A stretch of 60,000 bases of DNA, from positions 58,034,001 through 58,094,000 of the forward strand of contig NC_086097.1 of assembly GCF_963921235.1 (NCBI RefSeq), given 5' to 3'. Below are positions 39,811 through 51,812 of this stretch, one piece after another. The translations under genes were made by a program, and so were the position numbers. The notes under the pieces are model-generated. The model was not told the origin of the DNA. It was given only the letters and a program-made list of their open reading frames with translations, and searched no databases. Within the stretch, counting starts at the first letter, position 1; each line of letters starts with the position of its first letter. Origin of the DNA: Mobula hypostoma. Lineage: Eukaryota.

Positions 39811-40416
39811 AGAAATGTAAAAAACCTACAGCACAATACAGGCCCTTCGGCTCACAAAGCTCTGCCGAACATGTCCCTATCTTAGAACTACCTAGGCTTT
39901 ACCAATACTCTCTATTTTTCTAAGCTCCATGTAGCCATCTAGGAGTCCCTTAAAAGACCCTATCGTTTCCGCCTCCACCACCGCTGCCGGTAGCCCATTC
40001 ACCACTCTCTGCGTAAAAAACTTACCCCTGACATCTCCTCAGTCCCTACTTCCAAGCACCTTAAAACTATGCCCTCTCATGCCAGCCATTTCAGCCCTGA
40101 GGAAAAGCCTCTGACTATCCACACGATTAATGCCTCTCATTATCTTGAACACCTCTATCAGGTCACATCTCATCCTCCGTTGCTCCAAGGAGAAAAGGCC
40201 AAGTTCACTTAATCTGTTTTCATAAGGCATGCTCCCCAAACCAAGCAACATCCTTGTAAATTTCCTCTGCACCCTTTCTATGGTTTCCACGTCCTTCCTG
40301 TAGTGAGGCGACCAGAATTGAGCACAGTACTCCAAGTGGGGTCTGACCAGGGTCCTATATAGCTGCAACATTACCTCTTGGCTCTAAAGCTCAATCCCAT
40401 GATTGATGAAGGCCAA
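39811..40416 (-). mobile_element. CR1 3' fragment inserted between Gypsy pol and its 3' LTR
   Basis: MLQLYRTLVRPHLEYCAQFWSP; reverse-complement similarity to about 21025-21635. Confidence 0.92.
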
Positions 40417-40976
40417 TTGAGTTGGAGTTTATGGCTATGCAGTTAGAATTGATTGCCTATACCTGTGACTGCAATGTACTTAATATTTCAGTAAGATCTG
40501 AGCAATATTGTAAATATAGTCTTAGCATTCTTGGTTGAAATAATTCATTATGGATTATATGTAAAATATGTGAATGGTATACAGTACTTCCTCACACCAT
40601 GTACATGTCTTGATAAAAGTAAAACTGAAACTCATACATGCATCTCCCAGTTCTGTGTTTTTCTTTTAATTAGTTTTATGTTTTGAAGTTACAAAACATA
40701 AAACAATCTTTTGTAACTCTTCAACACAAACAATAAATGATAAACTACTGTTTCAATTGCTGTTAGCACCTTAATTTCAATATGTTGAACATAGGTAAAT
40801 TTATAAAATTATGTATTTACAGTGGTAGCACATCCCAACTAACAGAACCCTTTTGAATATACAACTAAGCAGAAGGTTAGGAGACAAAATAGATCTGTCC
40901 TGCACTGTGCATTAAGTGACAGTGATATACCCATGGTAAAATGCTTATACCAGGAAAATTCATCTATTATCTTTCC

Positions 40977-41535
40977 CAGCAACACGTGCAAAATGCTGGA
41001 GGAACTCAGCAGGCCAGGCAGCATCTATGGAAAAAAGTACAGTCGACGTTTCCACCTGAGACCCTTCGGCAGGACTGGAAATCCAGAGCAACACACACAA
41101 AAAGCTGGAGAAATTCAGCAGGTCAACAACATCTATGGAGAGGAATAAACAGTTGACATTTCAGGCAAAGGATCTCAGTCCAAAACGTCGACTGTACTCT
41201 TTTCCATCAATGCTGCCTGGCCTGCTGAGTTCCTCCAGCATTTTGTGTGTGTTGCTCTGGATTTCCAGCATCTGCAGATTTTCTCTTGTTTGCTGTTGTC
41301 TTTGTAGCTTCAATGGGACAGAATCAAAATGTCCCATCAAATTGTGTTCGGGTTTTATTTCTTGAATGCTAGTTTATTTAATTCATAATTATGCGATACA
41401 AAAGGTCTCGGCCTGAAATGTCAATTGCGTATTCTCCTCCATAGATGCTGCTGAGCTGCTGAAGTCAATTCCTCCAGCATTCTGTGTGTGTGTTGCTCTG
41501 GATTTTCAACGTCTGCAGAATCTCTTGTGTTTATG
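40977..41535. repeat. Cluster of four Penelope terminal-repeat copies (two minus, then two plus)
   Basis: Repeated caacacacaaaatgctggaggaactcagcagg and its reverse complement; hammerhead-like motif at 41040-41077 on the minus strand (CTGCCGA variant). Confidence 0.85.
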
Positions 41536-41699
41536 CTATCCATTAAGCCATAACTCCATTCTGGATAGTATAAGTACTTCCAAGAAAACATTCCAATAAC
41601 TGTCCTAAACTCTATTGGTCTGTTTCCAATCCCTAACAAGTCACACATTCATTAAAAAATTTGAATGGCAAAGAGCCTTGCAGTGGAACTCTGACATCG

Positions 41700-41894
41700 G
41701 ATTTCTGAATGACCAATTAACCCACTGTATTTTTCTCTTTTAGCACAACTTAAATCATTTAATTTTTAATATATGCAGTATTTCCTATTGTATCTTATAG
41801 TTTTTTATTATTATGTATTGCAATGTACTGCTGCCCCAAAACAAAATATTTCACCACAAATGCCAGTGATATTATACCTGATTCTGATTCTGAT
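41700..41894 (+). mobile_element. Rex1-like LINE 3' tail fragment
   Basis: Similar to 36590-36822; ends in (CTGATT)n. Confidence 0.75.
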
Positions 41895-43789
41895 TTGGAA
41901 TTATAGACAAGACTTGTTGTCTACTGGCAACATTTCTGAATAGAACCGTCAGTATTTATCCATTTAAGCAGCGTTGTGTATGCGCATGCATGATTAAACA
42001 GGAAATGGTGAAACTGTCAGTTTACTTTTCTGCTAAAATGCATATGGAAGCGAGCAACAAAGCTTCCCACGAATTATGCAGGGAAATTGATCCTCAGTCA
42101 AGTTAGATCTGGCATAGCATCCAAAGTCGCACTGATTTCAGACAATACATGGACTACGAATCAGGAGGCAAAAAGGAAAAAAAAGTATTTTTAATTTTGC
42201 TTCATTTTAATTATCTTTAATTATTTAATATTTGGGAGGCATCAGAGCACTTGAAGAAAGCCCCATCACAGAGCATGCAAACTTCACACAGACAGCATTG
42301 AAGGATAGGGCTGAACCCAGGTCTCTGGAAATGCATACCTATAGTATTGCATATCTATTGCAATAAGATTTTGCAAATTTAATATATCAATAAAACTAAA
42401 TTTATAAATAAAAGTGTAATTTCAAGTCTATGAGGATAAATGTTAACAAAGAAAAAAATCTTTATATTCTTTAGCCTGTTGGTGCTTATATACTCAAATG
42501 CAAGTAAATTCACCTAATGTAATAGCCAAATATCATGGTTATAGGTCTAATGATGATGCATTAATACTGTATATGCAATTTTCTGAATTTGGAAGGCTTA
42601 TTCCCTTCTGCTTACTTTTATAGTTCCAATTTAAATAGATATGCATGCTTGCCACTGAAGTACAAGCCTTGACTAATAAATAAAATCTCCTGTAATAAAT
42701 GAATGCAAGAGGCATGTATGAATAATTAAACCAGCTGCTGTAAATTATACTTTATAAGATGCTAATTAGCTCATCATCATTAAAATGTATAATGTGTAAT
42801 GCAAGGCAACCTTTCAAATGTTTTTTGTTCAGTGTAGTCTTCTCATACCATGCCAGTAATTTTGAAAAGTTTCAATATCATAGAAATCAAAATGAATAGC
42901 AGCCTATTTGCATTTTGAGTAGTGAACAGAAAATTTATTTTTAGCAGATCTCAACAGTGTAATTTTCCTATTTTATTTAAAATTATTAATGCTAGATAGC
43001 AATTGCAGTGTGCCAATTAATTAAATGATTCAGATGGTTTTCTGAATTATAATTTGCAAAGGTTATCTGTTCTCTAGGTTAGCCTATTTTCCTAAAGCTG
43101 GTTGATGATATTGTAATTTATAACACACATGCTAAAGATTTTGAAGATTGCATATACTTTGTGTTCAGTTCAGACTATTAAAAACAATGGGGAAATGTGT
43201 TGTCACTGTCTTTGGGCTGTACTCTATAAGACCTTATCGTTACACTTTTGACCCCTTTCTACCATACACTGTAAATTAAAAAAAATCTATTCATGTTTTA
43301 GGAGCATCTCCACCAAGAACAGCATTTATTGTCCTCACTGATTGCCGTTTTTTCAGAAGGTGTGATGAAGAGATACGGGCATGACCCATTGCAATTGGCC
43401 AGGTAGTTTGAGGGTTTTCAGCCAGTTGATGAAAGAATGGGTATTTATTTCCAAGCCTAGATGGTGTGTGATTTGGAGGTGAATGTGGAGGACGTAATAT
43501 TCCCATGCACCTGCTGGCTTTGTCCTTCAGAGTTGTGGTAGGGAAATGCCATTGAAAATGACACAGAGCAATGTACACAATTCTAGTTGTCTCATTATGG
43601 AACATTAACGAGGTCTAAAACAGATTAATGAGACTGGTTCTTGAGATGAGCAATTACAATCACATTAAAAAACAAATCCAGTGCTGGTAAATGATAAATA
43701 CAAGATCATAACAAAATAGATTGTGAGGCCAAGAGTCCATCTTATCATGCAGGATGTCCATTCAAGAGTCTAAAACATTGCTCCATTTA

Positions 43790-44050
43790 GTAGAAGGATC
43801 AAGGACTCAAGGTGATACAGTAGGTGCACAAGAAAGGGGAATGGAATTTAAAAGTGATATGAGAAAAAATCTGTCTCACACGGGGTGTGGTTGTAATCTG
43901 GATTCCATATGTAGTGGAAGTACATTCTAAGGTGGATTCAAGTATAGTATGAAGAAAAGTTTGAATTCAAGCAGAGAAAGGCCTGAAGGAGTGGAATAAG
44001 TGTATTGTTCTTATACAGATTAGTTATGGCTGAGTGGCCTCCTGTGATGT
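43790..44050 (+). mobile_element. Old CR1 3' fragment
   Basis: Diverged match to the CR1 C-terminus and 3' UTR (ggctgagtggcctcct). Confidence 0.5.
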
Positions 44051-44953
44051 AACTACTCTGTGGGTAATGGATGAGTCGCTGCTGCAATTCTGCCATCACT
44101 CCGCAGACAGGAAGGAGTAAATGCACACGGTCACTGTCAGGGCTTCAGTTTGTTTCTGCTGGATTGTGTTGAATCATTTTAAGTGAGATTGGAACAGATT
44201 TCTTCCAAATTAATGTAGCGTTTTTCATTTTATTTTTGACGTGTGCTCTGGAGGTGACAGAAGGTCCATTTAGAATGGACAACATGCCTGCCTCAGCACA
44301 ATTTGTCCCTGTAGCCAGATGGTTTACGTGTTAATACTTGGCTCCGCTCAAACTCCCAAGATGTCGGTGAGGGTATCATAATGTTAATGCCATTAAATTT
44401 CAAGGGTGATTGGTTAAAGTCTCTCTATTGAGATGATTAGTGCCTGGCAGTCTTGTGACATGAATGTTGCTTGTCTTCCAGTACCTGTAAGAAGTATTCA
44501 CCCATCTTGGAAGTTCTCAAGTTTTATTGTTTTACAACTTTGAATCATAGTGGATTTAATTAGGCTTTGTTGACACGGATCAACAGAAAAAGACTCTTTT
44601 ATGTCAAAGTGATCTAAATTAATTTCAAATATAAAACACTAAATTATTGATTGCATAAGTATTCGCCCCTTTTTAATATGATACACCAAATCATCACTCG
44701 TGCAGACAGTTAGTTTCAGAAGTCACATAAGTAGCTAAGGTGTCCTAGCTATATAAAAACCTGTGTGCAGTCAAGGTGTTTCAAGTCAAGTCAAGTCACT
44801 TTTTATTGTCATTTCGACCATAACTGCTGGTACAGTACACAGTAAAAACGAGACAATGTTTTTCAGGACCATAGTGCTACATGAAACAATACAAAAACTA
44901 TACTGAACTACGTAAAAACAACACAAAACTACACTAGACTACAGACTGGAACC

Positions 44954-47478
44954 ATGGCCTCCCAGACATGGGCACCAGCCCCCGGTGGGCCATGGACTCA
45001 CTCGCCTCTGACTCTGACCGCAGTTCTGGGGCCCTGTAGGCTACAGGCTCCGCCACCCCCAGCTCCGGATCCAGCTCGGACCGAGGACCCGACCCTCTCC
45101 AGACTGGGACCCGCTGTTAATGCCGCTGGGTCCTACCGCCCGTCTTATTCCCCCACTACCCTCTTTCCTCCCCGCAACTCCCAACCTTCCCTCTACCCCT
45201 CATCGACCCTCCATTCCTCTGATCCCTCATCCTCCCCTAACCCTGCTCTCCCGGAATATCCCAATCCCCCTCTCCCTCCTGAGACCTCCTAACCTTCACC
45301 CTCCTCCGACCCCAGCTCCAACCCTTGCCGTGTCTTCACCATCCCCTCTGACCTTCCCCTCTCTGAGGCAGAACATTCTGTTCTTAGCAAGGGCTTCACT
45401 TTTGTCCCCCTCCGTCCACACCTCAGTGAGTTCCGTGCCCGCCATGACGCTGAACTCTTCCGTCACCTACGTCTCCGAGCCTATTTCTTTGGCAACGATT
45501 CCCCTCCCCCTACTGAGGACCCCTTCTCCCATCTTCAACACTCCTCCTCCTCCTGGACACCCCGCCCGGGCCTTCTAACTGCACTCCATCTTTTTATCTC
45601 CAACTGTCACCGAGACATCAACCGTCTCAACTTCACCACTCCTCTCTTCTGTTCCAACCTCACTCCCTCTGAACGCACTGCCCTCCACTCTCTCCGCACT
45701 AATCTCAACCTCACTATCAAACCCGCTGACAAAGGTGGTGCTGTAGTAGTCTGGCGGACGGACCTCTACCTCAATGAGGCCAAACGGCAGCTCTCTGACA
45801 CCACCTCTTACTTACCCGTGGAACAGGACCTCGCCAAAAAACATCAAACCATTGCCTCCCGCACCATCACCGCCCTTATCAACTCTGGAGATCTTCCATC
45901 CTCAGCCGCTAAACTCATTATTCCCACACCCCGTACCGCTCGGTTTTACCTCCTCCCCAAGATCCACAAACCTGACTGTCCCAGTAGACCCATAGTTTCT
46001 GCCTGCTCCTGTCCCACCGAACTTGTATCTGCCTACCTGGACTCCATTTTGTCACCCATAGTTCAGTCCCTCCCCACCTACATCCGGGATACATCCCATG
46101 CCCTCCACCTCTTCAATAACTTCCAATTCCCCAGTCCCAACTGCTTCATTTTCACTATGGATGTCCAATCCCTATACACCTCCATTCCCTATCAGGAAGG
46201 CCTCAAAGCCCTCCACTACTTTCTGGATAATAGACCTCACCAGTTCCCCACCACCACTACCCTCCTCCGGTTGATGGAACTGGTTCTCACACTCAATAAC
46301 TTCTCTTTTGGCTCTTCCCACTTTCTTCAGACTAAGGGTGTAGCTACGGGAACTCGCATAGGCTCTAGCTATGCCTGCCTCTTTGTTGGTTATGTGGAAC
46401 AGTCTGTGCTCCAAACCTATTCTGGTACTGCTCCCCAACTTTTCGTTCGGTACATTGACGACTACATTGGTGCTGCTTCCTGCACCCATGCTGAGCTCGT
46501 CAATTTCATCGACTTTACTTCAAACTTCCACCCAGCCCTCAAACTCACTTGGTCTATCTCGGACACTTCTCTCCCCTTTCTCGATCTCTCAGTCTCCATC
46601 TCTGGAGACAGACTGTCCACTGACAACTTCTACAAGCCCACTGACTCTCATAACTACCTCAACTATACCTCTTCCCACCCCACCACATGCAAGAATGCCA
46701 TTCCCTATTCCCAGTTCCTCCGTCTCCGCCGCATCTGCTCCGAGGATGAGGTTTTCCATTCCAGGACATCTCAAATGTCCTGTTTCTTTAAGGATCGTGG
46801 TTTCTCTTCTGCTATCATCAATGATGCCCTCACCTGTATCTCCTCCATTTCCCGCACTTCGGCTCTCACCCCATCCTCCCGTCACCACAACAGGGACAGA
46901 GTTCCCCTTGTCCCCACCTACCACCTCACCAGCCTCCGGATCCAGCACATTATCCTCCGCAACTTCCGCCACCTTCAACAGGACCCCACCACTAAGCACA
47001 TCTTTCCCTCTCCACCTCCTCCACTTTCTGCCGGGATTGGTCCCTCCCCACGGATCTCCCACCTGGCACTTATCCCTGTAAGCGCAAGTGCTACACCTGT
47101 CCCTACACCTCCTCTCTTGCCACCATTCAGGGCCCCAAACAGTCCTTCCAGGTGAGGCAACACTTCACTTGTGAGTCTGTTGGGGTCATCTATTGTATCC
47201 GGTGCTCCCGGTGCGGCCTCCTCTACATCGGTGAAACCCGACGCAGATTGGGGGACCGCTTCGTCGAGCACCTCCGCTCCATTCGCCACAACAGACAGGA
47301 TCTCCCAGTAGCCACCCACTTCAACTCTGCTTCCCACTCCCATTCAGATATGTCCATACATGGCCTCCTCTACTGCCACGATGAGGCTACACTTAGGTTG
47401 GAGGAGCAACACCTCATATACCGTCTAGGTAGTCTCCAGCCCCTTGCTATGAACATAGAATTCTCCAACTTCCGTTAA
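44954..47478 (+). pseudogene. Penelope polyprotein (RT and GIY-YIG endonuclease)
   Basis: IKPADKGGAVVV, FYLLPKIHK..RPIVS, TMDVQSLYTSIP, VRYIDD, then GVIYCIRC..LYIGET. One stop at 45290 and a frameshifting deletion at about 47040. Confidence 0.92.
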
Positions 47479-47742
47479 TTCCCTCCCCCTCCCTTCCCCT
47501 ATCCCTATGTCACTCTGCCCCCTCCCCCAGCTGCCTATCACCTCCCTCATGGTTCCGCCTCCTTCTACTACCCATTGAGTTTTCCCCTATTCCTTCTTCA
47601 CCTTTCCTGACTATCACCTCCCTGCTTCCTCTCCCCCACCCCTTTATCTTTCCCCTTACTGGTTTTTCACCTGAAACCTACCAGCCTTCTCCTTACCACC
47701 CTTCCCCCACCTTTTTCATAGGGCCTCTGCCCCTTTCCTCTA

Positions 47743-47780
47743 CAGCCCTGATGAAGGGTTCCAGCCCGAAATGTCGACTG
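47743..47780 (+). ncRNA. Minimal hammerhead motif in the Penelope terminal repeat
   Basis: cagcc-CTGATGA-a-gggt-tcca-gccc-GAAAT-GTC-gactg. Confidence 0.65.
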
Positions 47781-48661
47781 ATCTTTTCCACGGATGCTGC
47801 CCGACCTGCTGAGTTCCTCCAGCGTGTTGTGAGTGTTGCTTTGACCCCAGGATCTGCAGATTATTTTGTGTTTACTAGACTACAGAGCTATACAGGACTG
47901 CATAAAGTGCACAAAACAGTGCAGGCATTACAATAAATAATAAACAAGACAACAGGCACAGTAGAGGGCAGTAGGTTGGCGTCAGTCCAGGCTCTGGGTA
48001 TTGAGGAGTCTGATGGCTTGGGGGAAGAAACTGTTACATAGTCTGGTCGTGACAGCCCGAATACTTCGGTGCCTTTGGCCAGATGGCAGGAGGGAGAAGA
48101 ATTTGTATGAGGGCTGCGTAGGGCCCTTCATAATACTGTTTGCTTTTCAGATGCAGCTTGTGATATAAATGTTTGTAATGGCAGGAAGAGAGACCCCAAT
48201 GATCTTCTCAGCTGACCTCACTATCCGCTGCAGGTCTTGTGATCCGAGATGGTGCAATTTCTGAACCAGGCAGTGATGCAGCTGCTCAGGATGCTCTCAA
48301 TACAACCTCTGTAGAATGTGGTGAGGATAATGGACTTTTCTCAGCCATCGCAGAAAGTAGAGATGCTGCTGGGCTTTCTTTGCTATGGGGCTGGTGTTGA
48401 GGGACCAGGTGAGACTCTCTGCCAGGTGCACACCAAGAAATTTGGTGCTCTTTACGATTTCTATGGAGGAGTCGTTGAGAGTCATCAACGTTCAGCGGAG
48501 AGTGGTTGCTCCGTGTCCTCCTGAAGTCAACAACCATCTCTTTTGTTTTGTTCACATTCAGGAACAGGTTGTTGGCTCTGCACCAGTCCATTAGCCGCTG
48601 CACCTCCTCTCTGTATGCTGACTCATCGGTCTTGCTGATGAGACCCACCACAGTCATGTCA

Positions 48662-49114
<453 letters not shown>

Positions 49115-50275
49115 TCATGATGATGGATGTGAGTGCAACAGGACAGTAGTCGTTGAGGCAGGACACTGAAGACTTTTTCCGCACAGGGACAATGGTGGCA
49201 GCCTTGAAGCACATAGGAACGATGGCGCTGCTCAGGGAGATGTTGAAGATGTCAGTGAGAATATCAGCTAGCTGGTCTGCACATCCTCTAAGCACTCTGC
49301 CAGGAATATTGTCTGGTTCAGCAGCTTTCCGTGGGTTGACCCTACACAGGGTTCTCCTCACATCGACCACATTAAGACACAGCACCCGGTCATTTGGTGG
49401 AGGGGTGGTCTTCCTCGCCACCACATAATTTTTCACCTCAAAATGAGAGTAGAAGTTGTTCAACTCATCTGGGAGGGAGGCATCACCAGCACGGGAAGGT
49501 GGTGTTGTCTTGTAGTTGGTGATGTCCTGAATGCACTTCCACATGTGCCACGTGTCGCCGCTGTCCTGGAAGTGGCTGTGGATTCACTGGGCATCTGCAC
49601 GCTTTGCCTTTCTGATGGCCCGGGACAGCTTGCCCCTCGCTGTTGTTAGGGCTGCCTTGTCACCTGCTCTGAAGGCAGAGTCACAGGTCCTCAGCAGTTC
49701 ACGCACCTCCGCGGTCATCCATGGCTTCTGGTTAGTGCGTATAGTGATGGTCTTGGACACAGTGACATCATCAATGCACTTGCTGATGTAGCTAGTCACT
49801 GATGCTGTTTACTCCTCTAAGCTGGTAGCTTCACCATCGGTTGCAGCCTCCCTGAAGATGTGCCAGTCAGTGTGCTCAAAGCAGTCTTGAAGAGCAGAGA
49901 TTGCTCCTGCTGGCCAGGTTTTCACCTGCTTCTGAACTGTATGCTGGGACAAGCATAACAGAGACGTGGTCTGAGAAACCGAGGTGGGGGTGGGGCTTTG
50001 TGTAAACAAGGTCCAATGCGTTCTCCTCTCTCGTTGCAAAGTCCACATACTGATGGAATTTGGGGAGCACTGAACTAAGGTTCGCGTGGTTAAAATCTCC
50101 GGCGACAATAAGCAGTCCATCAGGGTGTGCGTTCTGTAGTTCGCTAATAGCCCCATACAGTTCACAGAGCACCTGCTTAGCATTAGTGCTGGGGGGATTG
50201 TAGGCATAGTGAAAATACACCTGTATCTGGAAGGTCCAACTGCTGATGAGACAGTATCCTGGCAAAAACTACATC

Positions 50276-51812
50276 ATAAAGACAAAAGAACACTCCAAGC
50301 AACTCTGTAAAAATGTCTTTGAAAAGCACAAGTTAGGAGATGGATACAAGAAGATTTCCAAGTCACTGAGGATCCCTTGGAATACAGTTAGGTCAATCAT
50401 CAAGAATATGGCACAGCTGTAAATCTACCTAGAGCAGGCCATCCTCAAAAACTGAGTGACTGTGCAAGAAGGGGACAAGTGAGGGAGGCCACCAACGGAC
50501 CTATGACAACTCTGGAGGAATTGCAAGCTTCAGTGGCGGAGACGGGAGAGATTGAGCATACAACAATTGTTGCCCGAATGTTTCACCTGTTACAGTTTTA
50601 TGAGAGAGTGGCAAAGAGAAAGCCACTGTTGAAAAAAGCTCACATGAAATCTCAGCTAAAGTTTGCCACAAAGCATGTAGAGACTCTGAAGTCAGCTGGA
50701 AGAATGTTCTATGGTCTGATGAAACCAAAATTGAGCTTTTTGGCCATCAGAATAAATGCAGACATCCTACCTCTCCCAGAAGTTCCGGGAGTCTCCCACA
50801 TATTGATAGTGGCTTCCTGATGTCCACAAATTATATTCAATATCCTGGAAATCGAGTTTTTTGAGAGCGTTAAAGTGAGAGAGAGGAAGCAAGAGAGAGC
50901 TAGTGAGAGCGTGAGAGAAAGCGAGCGCGCCATGGCAGAGTGTTCCAAAAAAATGTAAAACGTACTTCACCCCAGACTACACTAAAGTGTACCCCTGCCT
51001 AATAGGGGTCAAAAATAATGACAGTGTTGCTCGCTGCACTGTTTGCAACAGTGACTTTTCTATTGCCCATGGTGGGTTACGACTGTAAAAGACATGTTGA
51101 GGTGAGTTTAACAGGTGTCATTCGTTCATTAGCATAGTTAACGTTATTTAAACTAGCTGGCTAGCTGCTAAGGAGCTACTCTATTGCAGACATCCCACCT
51201 CTCCTGGAAGTTCCAGGAGTCTCCAGCAAATTGATGGTGCTACCTCCCTGAAATGAGTTTTTGCAAGGTGGGATGTCTGTAAACACTATGTTTGGCATAA
51301 GCCAAACACCACATATCGTGTAAAACATACCATCCCTACCATGAATTATGGTGATGGCTGCATCATGCTGTAAGGATGCTTCACTGCAGCAGGCCCTGGA
51401 AGGCCTGTGAAGGTAGAGGATAAAATGAATGGAGCAAAATACAGAGAAATCCTGGAGGAAAACCTGATGCAGTCTGCAAGAGAACTGCAACTTGGGAGAA
51501 GCTTTGTTTTCCAGCAAGACAATGACCCAAACATGAAGCCAAAGCTACACAGGAACGGCTTAAAAACAGCAATGTTAATGTCCTGGAGTGGCCAAGTCAG
51601 AGTCCAGACGTCAATCCAATTGAAAGTTTGTGGCTGGACTTGAAAAGGGCTGTTCACTCACAATCCCCATGCAATCTGACAGAGCTTGAGCAATTTTGTA
51701 AAAAGAGGACTAGGGTAAAATGGTAGTGTCTAGATGTGTAAAGCTGATAGAGACCTATCCACATAGACAAAAAGTTGTAATTGCTGCCAATGGTTCATCT
51801 ACTAAATATTGA
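50276..51812 (+). pseudogene. Tc1 DDE transposase, inactivated
   Basis: (M>I)KTKEHSKQL start; WSDETK at 50712; [15 protein letters not shown]; ends STKY-stop at 51812; interrupted by a MITE. Confidence 0.9.
50759..51279. mobile_element. MITE with a 6-bp TSD inserted in the Tc1 transposase
   Basis: TIRs cagacatcctacct and aggtgggatgtctg; flanks taaatg and taaaca. Confidence 0.85.

Larger units (their letters stand above)
37902..40705 (+). mobile_element. Gypsy family A pol remnant (RT and integrase) with 3' LTR (40470-40705)
   Basis: INTHKELYRYIRLIFGVAS..CYLVDIIV (degenerate YLDD); integrase HADFA, VTDNGPQ and PYHPATNGLVERFV; LTR homologous to 10325-10573. Confidence 0.88.
44946..47873 (+). 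mobile_element. Penelope-like element (Neptune-like), nearly complete
   Basis: Perfect 13-bp TSD actagactacaga (44933-44945 and 47874-47886); RT, GIY-YIG and terminal repeat. Confidence 0.95.

Noticed and set aside
45120..47343. Long alternative-frame and antisense ORFs (46371-47081, 46589-47062; also 3579-4154)
   Set aside because: Shadow ORFs produced by the C-rich, stop-poor Penelope coding strand.
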